Notes under the pieces: generated by a model
What the model saw: the letters and a program-made list of their open reading frames with translations, nothing else
The model's database searches: none
What the model was told of the DNA's origin: nothing
Shown here: one piece after another, positions 51,352 through 61,522 of the stretch
How positions within the stretch are numbered: the stretch's first letter is position 1
Layout of the letters: each line of letters opens with the position of its first letter
Assembly (NCBI GenBank): GCA_963731265.1
Contig: CAVSUE010000001.1
Span: 1,504,001-1,568,000 of the forward strand
Direction: 5' to 3'
Length of the DNA: 64,000 nucleotides
DNA from: an uncultured Verrucomicrobiae bacterium
GTDB taxonomy: Bacteria; Chlamydiota; Chlamydiia; Chlamydiales; Rhabdochlamydiaceae
Made by a program: the position numbers and the translations under genes

Positions 51352-53157
51352 TTATGAAGACAAGTTTTTGATGATTGACAACTCTTCTTCGCGTCTGAGG
51401 AAAGTCTGAAAAAGGGCTTCGAGTTCTTTTTCTCTTCTGCTGCACGACTTTGACAATTTTTGGATCTTTTCGAGATCATTGTTTTGTGAAGCTTCGGCAA
51501 GCTGCATAATCTCCCCATTTTGTTCGGCTTCAAATTCTATAATTTTTTTCTCAACATGGCGAATCTCGTTTTCTAAGTGCCTAATTTTCACACGCAACGC
51601 CATTTTTTCTTCGTGTTTCTTTTTACGCGTCTCCGAGTCCGAGGATGTGCCTTTAGAGGACTGCGCCGTTTCTTCCACCCAGCCTACCTTTTCGAGAAAA
51701 TCATCATAACGCCCTAAAAATTGCTCCTGCCTGTCGAGATGACAAATGATAAGTTTGTTCAATTCCAAGCGTTTCAAAATCAATTCGCTATGAGTGACAA
51801 TCACGATTGCTCCCTCGAATTCTTCCAAAGCATCGATTAATGCCTCGATAGACTCGATGTCTAGATGATGCGTAGGTTCGTCGAGCAACAGCAGATTGCA
51901 AGGTTTGGCTAAAATTTTCCCCAGAAGCACGCGGCTTTTTTCTCCCCCCGACAGGACAGCGATTTTCTTCTTAGCTGTGTCTCCACCGAACATCATCTGC
52001 CCGCAGATCTTTTTCACCTCGGTGTAACTCAAGGCAGGGTTGGCAGAACCAATCTCTTCTTCAATACTTGCGGATTCTTTCAATCGCTGGATATTTGTCT
52101 GTCCAAAATATCCCATCGCTGTCTGTTCAGAGAAGATAACTTCTCCTTTCAATGGAGCGAGTCCTCCCGCCATTAAGCGTAAAAGGGTAGACTTGCCATA
52201 CCCATTTTTTCCCACAATGGCGACCCTCTCATTTCTTTCGACGAACAAGGAAAATTCGCGGATAATGGGCTTCTCGGCTTCGTAAGAAAAATCAATCCCC
52301 TTGACCTCGAACATTTTCCTACCCATAAACGGGCGTTCATGGAAATTGAAATCGAGATGATACAGGTTTTTAAGCTCTTCTAAAGCGGGAATTCTCTTTA
52401 ACATTTTTTGGCGCGATTGCGCTTGCGCCGCTTTTGAAGCCTTTGCGCCAAAACGATCGATGTACGATTGAAGATGGTCCCGTTTTTTTTCTAAATTCAT
52501 GCGGGTTCGCTCATGGATTTCCTCTTCCTGAACGACGTGTTCATAAAAAACCGTCGTCCCTCCTTTGACTTTTCGCGCTTTTTTTCGATGAATGCCCAAC
52601 GTATGCGTGGTGACCAAATCCATGAATTCACGATCATGCGATATCAAAATCAATTCCCCTTTCCATTGCTGAAGAAAACGAGTGAGAAAACGGATGGAAA
52701 GAATATCGAGATAGTTTGTCGGCTCGTCCAAGAGAAGACAGTCCGGTTGCGAAAGCAGCACTTTGGCTAGATGCAGCCTAAGATGAAAACCCCCCGACAT
52801 TTGCTCTGGGGGAAGCTGCATGTCCTCGTCTTTGAATCCTAGGCCGAACAACATCGCTTCTGCTTTGTACGTCTGCTCCCGCTCTATGGATATTAATCCC
52901 AAGCATGCTTCATCTAGAACTGTAGGCATGGAAAAGCGAATATGCTGGTCCAAATAGCCCAATCGATAGCCCTTTGAAAAAGAAATCGTTCCGGAGTCAG
53001 GATTTTCTTGCCCGATGAGAAGTCGGAGCAAACTCGTTTTTCCAGAGCCATTGCGGCCGACCAGCCCGCAGCGCTCGCCTGGATTCAAAGTAAATGCAAC
53101 CCCTTCAAGGATGGGGTCGCCGGAATAGGAGAGAGTGATGTTTTCGACTTGGATCAT
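51352..53157 (-). CDS. ABC-F family ATPase
   Basis: Two ABC domains (GRNGSGKT/LLLDEPTNYLD; GKNGYGKST/LSGGE/LLLDEPTHHLD), no TM, C-terminal coiled coil. Confidence 0.93.
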   Translation of the reverse strand: MIQVENITLSYSGDPILEGVAFTLNPGERCGLVGRNGSGKTSLLRLLIGQENPDSGTISFSKGYRLGYLDQHIRFSMPTVLDEACLGLISIEREQTYKAEAMLFGLGFKDEDMQLPPEQMSGGFHLRLHLAKVLLSQPDCLLLDEPTNYLDILSIRFLTRFLQQWKGELILISHDREFMDLVTTHTLGIHRKKARKVKGGTTVFYEHVVQEEEIHERTRMNLEKKRDHLQSYIDRFGAKASKAAQAQSRQKMLKRIPALEELKNLYHLDFNFHERPFMGRKMFEVKGIDFSYEAEKPIIREFSLFVERNERVAIVGKNGYGKSTLLRLMAGGLAPLKGEVIFSEQTAMGYFGQTNIQRLKESASIEEEIGSANPALSYTEVKKICGQMMFGGDTAKKKIAVLSGGEKSRVLLGKILAKPCNLLLLDEPTHHLDIESIEALIDALEEFEGAIVIVTHSELILKRLELNKLIICHLDRQEQFLGRYDDFLEKVGWVEETAQSSKGTSSDSETRKKKHEEKMALRVKIRHLENEIRHVEKKIIEFEAEQNGEIMQLAEASQNNDLEKIQKLSKSCSRREKELEALFQTFLRREEELSIIKNLSS

Positions 53158-53159
53158 GA

Positions 53160-53455
53160 TATACTGCCCCCGGTTATGTTTTGTGAATTTGGACTGGCTG
53201 CGACTTTGCCAAATCGATCCGCCCGGTTCACTGCGTTCACCTGCTCCTCACTGCGAAGCTCCCCCTGGACCTTCTCGTGCTTCCGCAGCCTCGATCCCCT
53301 TTCTATTCAGCAAATGGTCTCTACAGTCATCCGGAACTTCGGTTTCGGCACGACCTGCAACCATCCACTGGAGGGTTGCAGCATTCGGCGCTTCGCTTCG
53401 ATTTTGCTTCGTCTCGCAGAGTCAAAATTCACAAAACCTAAGAGGGAACAGTATA
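53160..53455. mobile_element. MITE-like element, family C
   Basis: TATACTG…CAGTATA ends. Full-length similarity to 58459-58735. Confidence 0.8.
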
Positions 53456-53532
53456 GCTAGGATAACGGTTCTAGAGGAGTAAATTCAATATGAGAAATCA
53501 ATTTCATTTTATTTGGCAAGGCTGGTATTTGC

Positions 53533-54516
53533 ATGAGGATGGCGCCAAATAAATTTTTAAACTATTTTGCTTTCTTAAGCCTCCCTTTGGCTGCGCATGC
53601 AGGCGGTGAAGTTTTAGAACCAACCCTACCAACCATCGAGGAAGCAGCTCCCTGGTTTACCGGTCCATTAATCGCTCCCACCGCAGCTGTCGTGCGTGCG
53701 GGGCATTACATCATCCAGCCTTATCTCGCCTTCAACACCAGGACAGGCCTCTACGACCATCATTGGAAAAACATCTCCACTCCCAATTTTTTTAGCTATT
53801 CCACATCAGTTGATTTCACCTTTGGCCTTACGGATTGGGTGGATGTCGAGATCACTCCTGCTGTCGGTTATAATTCCACAGAGGGCCAATCAGCTTGGAC
53901 TTTTAGCGATTTACCTTTGAGCCTCGGCTTTCAATTGCTACCGACTGACCGTTTTAAATATTTTCCGGGCATTGAGTTGCAAATTATCGAAACTTTTCCC
54001 ACGGGAAAGTACCAGAAGTCGAACCCCAAAAAATTAGGCACGGACATAGGAGGCACGGGTTCTTTTGCCACAACCGCAAATCTGAACTTTTATAAAATCT
54101 ATCCTTTGAAAGGAGCCCATTTTTTGAGCATGGCTGCAAGTTTTGGCGTCACTTATTTTGCCCCTGTGCATGTCCGAGGGATCAATTCTTATGGGGGAGG
54201 CCCTGGCTGCGCAGGTAAAGTTTATCCAGGCCACGGCTATACCGCGATTGTAAGCTTCGAATTCAGCCTCACCCAAAATTGGGTCTTGGCCCTCGACAAT
54301 GTCTACACGCACCTCGACAAAGACCATTTTCGGGGAACGCCCGGGGCCCCTTCTCCGGTTGTCAGACCTTCTTCTGAATCTTTAAGCTTTGCTCCTGCCA
54401 TCGAATATAATTTCAACGAGAATTGGGGAATCATCGCAGGAGCATGGGTATCAGCGACAGGAAGAAACAGTGCTGTTTTTCGCAATGCAATCGTTAGCTT
54501 TGAATATCAATATTAA
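53533..54516 (+). CDS. Putative outer-membrane beta-barrel protein
   Basis: Signal peptide (AHA), alternating beta-strand pattern, C-terminal aromatic residue (…IVSFEYQY). Confidence 0.6.
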   Translation: MRMAPNKFLNYFAFLSLPLAAHAGGEVLEPTLPTIEEAAPWFTGPLIAPTAAVVRAGHYIIQPYLAFNTRTGLYDHHWKNISTPNFFSYSTSVDFTFGLTDWVDVEITPAVGYNSTEGQSAWTFSDLPLSLGFQLLPTDRFKYFPGIELQIIETFPTGKYQKSNPKKLGTDIGGTGSFATTANLNFYKIYPLKGAHFLSMAASFGVTYFAPVHVRGINSYGGGPGCAGKVYPGHGYTAIVSFEFSLTQNWVLALDNVYTHLDKDHFRGTPGAPSPVVRPSSESLSFAPAIEYNFNENWGIIAGAWVSATGRNSAVFRNAIVSFEYQY

Positions 54517-54700
54517 ACTCGACTTTGTAACTTTTTGGGCCCGCCTGTCTCGCCTATTTACTCTCGGCCGTTCGAGCCATAAAGTCGAACTTGAAGATTA
54601 TTTAAAACAGGAAGGGGTTAAAACCTCTGCCTGTTTTAAATAACTCCCCCGAGAGCAAATATTTCAAGTCCTTCGGGCCCAAAAAGTTACAAAGTCGAGT
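54517..54700. mobile_element. MITE-like element, family E (TAA-flanked)
   Basis: Perfect IR ACTCGACTTTGTAACTTTTTGGGCCCG/CGGGCCCAAAAAGTTACAAAGTCGAGT with TAA on both sides. Confidence 0.8.
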
Positions 54701-54767
54701 TAAAAAAACGTTTTCTTATTTGCAAAAAAAGGATAAACAGAAAAAAAAGGCACGAAGGAAAAATACT

Positions 54768-55007
54768 ATGAAGAAATATTTTCTGCTAGGACTTCTCATT
54801 CTATCCGCATGCGGCACCGGTCGCAATAGATATTATTATAATGACGGATATTATGGACACAATGGGTACTACGATCGTGACGGCCACTGGCATGGTCACG
54901 ATGGTCACGATGGTCACGATGGGCATGGTCATGATGGCCACTGGGAAGACCATGGAGAGGGCGGAGGACATGGAGGAGGCCATCACGGCGGCGGCGGGCA
55001 CCACTAG
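54768..55007 (+). CDS. Small His/Gly-rich lipoprotein
   Basis: Lipobox LSAC, GHD repeats (9-bp tandem DNA repeat), AAGGA RBS. Confidence 0.7.
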   Translation: MKKYFLLGLLILSACGTGRNRYYYNDGYYGHNGYYDRDGHWHGHDGHDGHDGHGHDGHWEDHGEGGGHGGGHHGGGGHH

Positions 55008-55765
55008 AGAGTTAAAAGGGACTTCGCTTCTTCATCGGAAATGATTTTGGGCAGGCGGCTGAACTGCAAATCCGCTACTTCGGGATCAAAAGAGCGGACA
55101 CGCTCATCGGCTCCACTGAAACGGATGCCTACGAATTCGATGCCCAAATTTTCAAGCCTGGATTCTAGTTTTCTCACTTGTTCCTCCTTATCATCGACGA
55201 AGATGATTTTTTTAGGTATACGGCCTGTGTGTTGAAAAAAGGAGAGAAGGGCTTGATCTTTTGGGTTATCCCCGCAATAGATGACTCCTCGATCATATAA
55301 TCCAGGATGAGAAGAGGATAAAGTGAATTTTTCTGGAAAATCATTGAAAAGATGGACTTGTATCGAATCGATCTGTTTTTGCGTATGACCTTGCTCAATG
55401 GGATCCCTTGCCGTCAAAATCAAGACAACGACCTTTGACTCCTGCAAAAGGCTTATCAGCGATGGAGTTTGGAGATCGACTGAACGGACGGGTATCAGAT
55501 GCTGCACAAAAAGCCAAAACTGGTCTAGAATTGATTCCGCTTCGTCCTTGGTAAACCCTTGCTGAAGGACCTTTTTTCTGATGTGGGTTCTCCACTGGGC
55601 GGACCCTAAATGCAGTGAGGACTCGAACAAAGTATTGTCCGCATCGATCAACACCCATGTCTCGCGAGTCACATGAGGCAAAAGGTCTTCCATTCGGGAG
55701 CTCTCGAAAACCAGACCCCTTATTAAGGAAGGAATCAAACAAAGACTAAAAATTAATTTTTTCAT
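55004..55765 (-). CDS. DUF2608-like exported HAD-fold protein
   Basis: Signal peptide, LIDADNTL, LTAR and IFVDDK. Confidence 0.75.
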   Translation of the reverse strand: MKKLIFSLCLIPSLIRGLVFESSRMEDLLPHVTRETWVLIDADNTLFESSLHLGSAQWRTHIRKKVLQQGFTKDEAESILDQFWLFVQHLIPVRSVDLQTPSLISLLQESKVVVLILTARDPIEQGHTQKQIDSIQVHLFNDFPEKFTLSSSHPGLYDRGVIYCGDNPKDQALLSFFQHTGRIPKKIIFVDDKEEQVRKLESRLENLGIEFVGIRFSGADERVRSFDPEVADLQFSRLPKIISDEEAKSLLTL

Positions 55766-56763
55766 GCACCATTATACTTCCATTGGGCAAATTCTTTAGC
55801 GTAATAAGTGATGATAAAGTCCGCTCCCGCCCTCCGAATACCGCGTAAAACTTCGACGACAGCTTTTTTTTCATCCAGCCATCCCCTTTCGGCTGCAGCC
55901 TTGAGCATAGCGAATTCTCCGCTGGTGTGGTAAGCGCCAAGAGGAATGTGCGGATAAGCTTGCTTGACGCGATAGATCACATCTAAATACGCATGAGCGG
56001 GTTTGACCATTAGCATGTCTGCGCCCTCTTCAACATCAAGATGAACTTCTCTTAAAGCTTCCTGCGCGTTGGCTGTGTCCATTTGATGGGTGCTCCTATC
56101 GCCAAAGCTCGGCGGGCCTTCCGCCGCTGCGCGGAATGGTCCATAAAGACAGGATTGGTACTTCACAGAATAACTTAATATCGGAATGTGATCGAATCCC
56201 TGTTCATCCAAACCTTTCCGGATAGCCGCGACCATGCCATCGATCATGCCGCTGGGAGCGACGACGTCAACCCCGGCTTTTGCGTGGCTGACAGCTTGTT
56301 TGACTAGCAATTCCAGGGTCTTATCATTATCGACCTCGATTTTCCCAGCCCGATGGCTCAAATAACCGCAATGCCCATGATCTGTATATTCACAAAAACA
56401 TAAGTCGGAAAAAATCAACAAATCAGGGGCAGCCTTGCGGATAGCTCCGATAGCCTCTTGAACAATCCCTTGTTCACTGTAACTATCGGAGCCTAAGGGA
56501 TCTTTATGAGAAGGAATGCCAAATAATAGGACCGATGTTAGGCCAAGCTGGACAAGCTCTTCCACCTCTTGTGCAAGCTGCTGAATCGGAATTTGAAAAA
56601 GCCCTGGCATCGAATCAATGGGCTTTTTTTCCCCTTTACGGCCCTTGATGAAAAGAGGATAGATGAAGTCCTTAAGATCGATCTCGGTCTCTCGAACTAA
56701 TTCTCTTAAGACAGGATGGCGTCTTAGCCGCCTTAGGCGAACATAAGGAAATGCCACAGTCAT
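55762..56763 (-). CDS. hemB: Porphobilinogen synthase
   Basis: RLRRLR, DLCFCEYTDHGHCG, APSGMIDG, YGPFR, MVKP and SGEFAM. Confidence 0.96.
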   Translation of the reverse strand: MTVAFPYVRLRRLRRHPVLRELVRETEIDLKDFIYPLFIKGRKGEKKPIDSMPGLFQIPIQQLAQEVEELVQLGLTSVLLFGIPSHKDPLGSDSYSEQGIVQEAIGAIRKAAPDLLIFSDLCFCEYTDHGHCGYLSHRAGKIEVDNDKTLELLVKQAVSHAKAGVDVVAPSGMIDGMVAAIRKGLDEQGFDHIPILSYSVKYQSCLYGPFRAAAEGPPSFGDRSTHQMDTANAQEALREVHLDVEEGADMLMVKPAHAYLDVIYRVKQAYPHIPLGAYHTSGEFAMLKAAAERGWLDEKKAVVEVLRGIRRAGADFIITYYAKEFAQWKYNGA

Positions 56764-56981
56764 TTTTACCTCAAATAATCATTAAGCCATCGTTTATATC
56801 CTTGTCAGACATGAAGTTGCAAGCTTTTTTTAAAAAAATTAAAATAATTACTTACCTTAATTATAGTTTTTATTATACACGTCTATCACCGAGAATCTAA
56901 TTATATGCTAATCTACAAAATTTATATTTATATTAAATTAAAATTGTGTTAATATTTATATAATAATTAATATGGCGATCA

Positions 56982-58202
56982 ATGGCTACTATAAGCAAAA
57001 CGACACATTCTCAAATTCAAAGGGAAATAACCGAGCTGAACCCAAAGCTTGCTAATTATGAACTTGCCTCTAAAATGGAAGCCGCGTTCTCTTTAATTAG
57101 CGAAATAAGTGAGATAAAGTCTGTCTTATTGTTTCAGTTAAAAGACAAACTACTCTCAGTCATTAGCTCTTTTGCTGATGAAACGAGCTGTAAAGAACTA
57201 TTCACCCAATTTGATGAGCGTTTGAATCACACTCTTCTCTCTTCATCTGTGGAACCTAATATCTCCCATCTTTTTTTTGGGAAAATTACTCCTAGTTTAT
57301 TTTTTTCGCCTTTTGGAGGAAATCGTTATTCCTTAAAAATCCTTCAAAAAGGGGAACTCCACACTATTTCAGATGTGAAAGTGCTGGAATTCATCGCCGT
57401 CCATTCGATTCGCTGCCACTATAATCCCGAGATTCGATCGATCGTCCCAGCTCCGGATTCCTATCCCATTGTCCAATCCAAATGGAGAGAATTGAGAGAT
57501 CCTATCCGTGATGCCATTGGAGACGTTCAAGTCCAACCGTATAGTCCTTTGCCAATAACTTGGGAGAATTCCGCGCAAACGGTCGAAAAGTTATTAGAAG
57601 ACACAGCAAAAGGAGCTCTAATATTTATCAACCTCGTGAGCGAAATTGCTCGTCAATCCGAGGGAATAGCTCACTTTGGACCGAATAAAATGAATCTTAC
57701 AAAATCAAAGGCAAGCATCCTCGATAAAGTTTCACGTACTCAAACGGAAACAGGGGCGGACGAAGCCTATGCTATTAGCCATATTGAAGACGGAATTAGA
57801 GGTACACTTTCTTTTCAAACACCAGAACAATTGAAAAAAGGCCTCAATGCTTTTATCTCAAAACTCACAAAATTAGGATATGATATCGATGTTTCCAACA
57901 TTTGGAAAAATGAGTTTGATTATTCAGGCTATTTAGACGTGGATGCAAAGATACGCATACGCCTGCCGGAAGCGGGCACTGGAAAATCGCGTTATGTGAT
58001 GGCTGAAATTCAATTTCATCTGGATGAGTTTTACGATGGTGGCAAAGACTGTGCTGTCTCCCGGGCGCACAAAATTTATGAAGTGATACGACTTATCCCA
58101 GTCATCGGCCGACCTTCAGTGAACTTATCTTTCACTGAGTTGAATGAGACATCGCGGCTCTATTTTGCGGCGGCTCTGTACCAGGCTCATAAGAAATTCT
58201 AA
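56982..58202 (+). CDS. Hypothetical protein with C-terminal RelA/SpoT-like nucleotidyltransferase domain
   Basis: TKSKASILDK, IEDGIRGTL, SGYLDV, AEIQFH and HKIYEVIR appear in the order of the RSH synthetase motifs. Confidence 0.6.
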   Translation: MATISKTTHSQIQREITELNPKLANYELASKMEAAFSLISEISEIKSVLLFQLKDKLLSVISSFADETSCKELFTQFDERLNHTLLSSSVEPNISHLFFGKITPSLFFSPFGGNRYSLKILQKGELHTISDVKVLEFIAVHSIRCHYNPEIRSIVPAPDSYPIVQSKWRELRDPIRDAIGDVQVQPYSPLPITWENSAQTVEKLLEDTAKGALIFINLVSEIARQSEGIAHFGPNKMNLTKSKASILDKVSRTQTETGADEAYAISHIEDGIRGTLSFQTPEQLKKGLNAFISKLTKLGYDIDVSNIWKNEFDYSGYLDVDAKIRIRLPEAGTGKSRYVMAEIQFHLDEFYDGGKDCAVSRAHKIYEVIRLIPVIGRPSVNLSFTELNETSRLYFAAALYQAHKKF

Positions 58203-58203
58203 T

Positions 58204-58440
58204 CTACTGATTAGCTTTTCTTTTTAGCTTCAGAAACAGATTTTCCACGCCTTCCTGAGAAATGATGCCTTTATTCTGGAGCATTTTGCCGATCAGCCGG
58301 GGGTCTGAAGTAGGATTCCATTCGCCAGTTTTGAAGTGACGAACTTCAAATTTATTTTCCTGGGGGTTAACTCTACAAATGATCCCATCATTGACATAAT
58401 AAGTATAACTATTGTTCCCTGAAGGGGTGATTGAAGTCAT
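58204..58440 (-). CDS. Small hypothetical protein
   Basis: ATG at 58440. The longer ORF start lies within the MITE. Confidence 0.45.
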   Translation of the reverse strand: MTSITPSGNNSYTYYVNDGIICRVNPQENKFEVRHFKTGEWNPTSDPRLIGKMLQNKGIISQEGVENLFLKLKRKANQ

Positions 58441-58458
58441 TGCTATCCCATGTTTAGA

Positions 58459-58735
58459 TATACTGCTCCCACTCAAGTGAATTTTGACTGGCTGCGACTT
58501 TGCCACATCGAGCGGCCTGGTTCACTGCGTTCACCGGCTCCTCACTGCGAAGGTCAGCCTGGACCTTCTCGTGTCCCCGCAGCCATTCAGCAATGGTCTC
58601 CTGTGTCATCCGGAACTTCGTTTCCGGTATGACCTGCAACCATCCAGTGGATGATTGCAGCATTCGGCCGCTTCGCTTCGATTTTGCTTCGTCTCGCAAA
58701 GCCAAAATTCACAAAACTTGAGTGGACGCAGTATA
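58459..58735. mobile_element. MITE-like element, family C
   Basis: TATACTGCTCCCACTCAAG … CTTGAGTGGACGCAGTATA TIRs. Confidence 0.8.
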
Positions 58736-58878
58736 TATCTTTTTTCGCGATTCCTCAATTTTACCATTCCTTGATTTTTTTCCGAAGCAAGATCTGCACA
58801 AAGAAAACAGCATGTTCTTTTTATTTTTGTAATAAAGATTTATTTAATGTATTTAGAGGATATAAGTAGGAGGAGCTT

Positions 58879-59178
58879 ATGTTACATCTATGTGCCATTC
58901 TAGGAATTTTATGTTTTACCCCCACTCAAAAAATCCCGCCGCAGGACAATCAACAAATTGTCGCTCAAAGCGATGACATTGAGTTGGCTAAACGAGACCA
59001 TGACGGTCATTCCAAGAAAAAAGATAAAAAACATGATAAACACCACAAAAAACACCACAAACACGATCGCAAACACGATCGCAAAAGACATGACAAACAC
59101 GATCGCAAACACGATCGAAAAAAACACAAATATCATGTCAGCTATGATGAACGCGATGACGAAGTAACTGTTAATTGA
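58879..59178 (+). CDS. Small His/Lys-rich repeat protein with hydrophobic N-terminus
   Basis: AGGAGGAG RBS and KHDR repeats (12-bp DNA repeat AAACACGATCGC). Confidence 0.65.
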   Translation: MLHLCAILGILCFTPTQKIPPQDNQQIVAQSDDIELAKRDHDGHSKKKDKKHDKHHKKHHKHDRKHDRKRHDKHDRKHDRKKHKYHVSYDERDDEVTVN

Positions 59179-59227
59179 TCAAAAGACAACTAGCGCTCGT
59201 TCGAGCGCTAGACAATAAGAAAAATGC

Positions 59228-59530
59228 TTACTTCTCGATATGTTTGCTGAGCAAGCCTGCGAGCTTGAGCATATCGACAGGTTTTTTGCCGATCACCTCG
59301 CTGAGCTTTTGATCAGGGTTGATAAGACGTCGATTTTTTGTATCTTGGCACTTATGCGATTTAATATATGCCCATAATTTTTTAACAACTTGCGGACGTG
59401 TCAAACTTTTAGAACCTACGACAGCTTGGAGCTGAGGGGATAAACTATAAGTTGTTTGAGTTAATCCTGATTTTCTTTTTGCTCCAGTTTTTTTCTTAGC
59501 AGTTGGTTTTGCTTTTGTCTTTTTTGCCAT
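59228..59530 (-). CDS. SWIB/MDM2-domain protein
   Basis: LSPQLQAVVG..LTRPQVVKKLWAYIK..CQD.KNRRLINPD.KL and a Lys-rich N-terminus. Confidence 0.9.
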   Translation of the reverse strand: MAKKTKAKPTAKKKTGAKRKSGLTQTTYSLSPQLQAVVGSKSLTRPQVVKKLWAYIKSHKCQDTKNRRLINPDQKLSEVIGKKPVDMLKLAGLLSKHIEK

Positions 59531-59813
59531 AAATAGTCTCTCTTTCATTTAAACGGGTTTTGGGGAGATTTGAATACTCCATTCCAAATCTTCTACTAAT
59601 TGATGTAGAAGTTTTTGTGAATTCTATCAAGATCATTTTTTATTTTTTTGCTTTTTGGACCGCTTTCTGCAAGGAAGCTATGATCGAAGAGGCATCATCC
59701 TAGGTTGTGATGAGTTGCCTCCTGGTTATAATTGGGGCCATTTTTTAGGGCATAACGACCATGAGGTGATCACCATTTTTCCGGAGGAGGGAAGGTAAAA
59801 ATTTTTAAGGAAA

Positions 59814-60161
59814 TTAAGTGCATAACGAAGAAACTTTATTTTTGAGGGGCGAAGAAACTTGAATGTATTCGAATTCCGAAACATCGGGAATTTCTTGTCC
59901 CTGTTCGTAAAGCAGCTTGATTTTCTCCTTGTCGACGACTTCCTGTATCTTGAGAGCGTCGAGTAGTTTCGCCGCCCCTAGGGACGTCCTGATCGAAAGA
60001 CGGCGGACGCGTTTGATGGTGAGGCCTGCCACCTGAATCGATTTTGTTTCTTTAGGAATGTACTGCAATATTTCAGCAACGAGAAGTTTTTTTTGCTTTT
60101 CCAATTCGGCAATTTGCATACCTACTTCTTTGTATTTTGCAACCTTGTCTTCAAGTTCCAT
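59814..60161 (-). CDS. Hypothetical protein
   Basis: 115-aa ORF from ATG 60161. N-terminal coiled coil; VDKEKIK…GQEIPDV tail. Confidence 0.55.
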   Translation of the reverse strand: MELEDKVAKYKEVGMQIAELEKQKKLLVAEILQYIPKETKSIQVAGLTIKRVRRLSIRTSLGAAKLLDALKIQEVVDKEKIKLLYEQGQEIPDVSEFEYIQVSSPLKNKVSSLCT

Positions 60162-60294
60162 AAAACAGCCTATAACATGTTTCGATTGGAAAAAATTTAA
60201 ATCTTTTCTACATTTAAGGTAAGAAAAAAAAGTTATTTTTATTGACCTTTTCATAGATACGCCGTAATCTTTACGGCTTCAATCAAAACTGCTT

Positions 60295-61491
60295 ATGAAT
60301 AGACGAACTGAACTGAAGTATTTATTCCTGATTATTGTCGTTTTTATTGCCGCATGCATAGAAACGGATATTTATCTTCCTGCCTTCCCGGACATGATGC
60401 AATGGTTCTCCGCATCGGAAGGGGCCATTCAGGGTCTCTTGACTTGGAACTTTGTGGGAATATGCGCTGCTGGCCCTTTTTATGGCCCGATCTCCGATGC
60501 GTTTGGCCGAAAAAAGCCGTTAATGGCCGCCCTCGCCATTTTTTTAGTGGGAAGCGTCATCACTCTTTTTGCACAAACCTTAGACCAAATGCTCATTGGC
60601 CGAATCCTTCAGGGTGTCGGGAGCGGAGGGTGCTTTACGTTAGGAACAGCAATCCTGTTCGATGCCTTTCAAAAAGAGAAGGCCATCGCAGCGACCAACA
60701 ATCTCAATACGATTATCCCATTGATCATGGCAGCAGCGCCGATAGTCGGCGGATATCTCAACCATGCTTTTGGATTCCGCTCCAATTTTTTGGCCATCGG
60801 AATTTTTGTTCTCATCAGCTTTGTGATTTGCCTGCTCTTTTTTGACGAAACGCTTCCCAAAGAAAAAAGAGCCTCTTTCCAGGCCAAGGCCGTTTTGCAA
60901 GATTTTAAACAGGCCTTTAGCTGTCTAGCTTTTTGGCAAATCACGATTATGATGAGCCTTACTTTTGCTGCCTATATTGCCTTTCTTTCCGGCACATCGG
61001 TTCTTTTTGTGGTGGAATTCGGCATGAGCAAGGCCCTTTTCCCCTTTATTCAATCTGCGATCTTGGGCGGGTGGGTTGCGGGGAGCCTTCTTCTTAACAG
61101 GTTTATTGCTAAATGGGGAATCGCCAAAGTCAAAAAAGTCGGCACATTATTGTGCCTTACTGGAGGGTTGGGATCCGTTACCGCAGCCCTGCTTTTGCCT
61201 CGCGACCCTTATTTCATCACTTTCGGGATGATGGTCTATGCCTTGGGGGCAAATTGGCTGATGGGGCTGTATTTCCCCGAAGGAATGGAGATCCTTCCCA
61301 AAATCAAAGGGATAACCGCTAGCTTGATGACGAGCACACGTTTATTGATCGCCGCCATGGTTGTGGGCCTTTCCAGCTCTCTTTATAACGGGACAGTCTA
61401 TCCCCTGGCCGCAGTGATCCTAGGATCGATTGTGATCATCATGCCACTCCTACTATCGTACGAAAGACGTGCAGCGAAGGAAGCTGCTTGA
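60295..61491 (+). CDS. Bcr/CflA-type MFS efflux transporter
   Basis: TDIYLPAFP, YGPISDAFGRKK and GRILQGVG. Confidence 0.88.
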   Translation: MNRRTELKYLFLIIVVFIAACIETDIYLPAFPDMMQWFSASEGAIQGLLTWNFVGICAAGPFYGPISDAFGRKKPLMAALAIFLVGSVITLFAQTLDQMLIGRILQGVGSGGCFTLGTAILFDAFQKEKAIAATNNLNTIIPLIMAAAPIVGGYLNHAFGFRSNFLAIGIFVLISFVICLLFFDETLPKEKRASFQAKAVLQDFKQAFSCLAFWQITIMMSLTFAAYIAFLSGTSVLFVVEFGMSKALFPFIQSAILGGWVAGSLLLNRFIAKWGIAKVKKVGTLLCLTGGLGSVTAALLLPRDPYFITFGMMVYALGANWLMGLYFPEGMEILPKIKGITASLMTSTRLLIAAMVVGLSSSLYNGTVYPLAAVILGSIVIIMPLLLSYERRAAKEAA

Positions 61492-61522
61492 CTGCCGCTT
61501 GATCGTTTTGCTAAGTAGTAAT

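Noticed and set aside
53008..53482. Recurring short ORFs ending …FASILLRLA… (also near 30400, 32277, 38728, 58450-58869)
   Set aside because: They are translations of MITE copies, not transposases or real genes.
59814..60161. Phage Gam/Gp157-like resemblance suggesting a prophage
   Set aside because: Only a short weak motif, with no other phage genes or integrase nearby.
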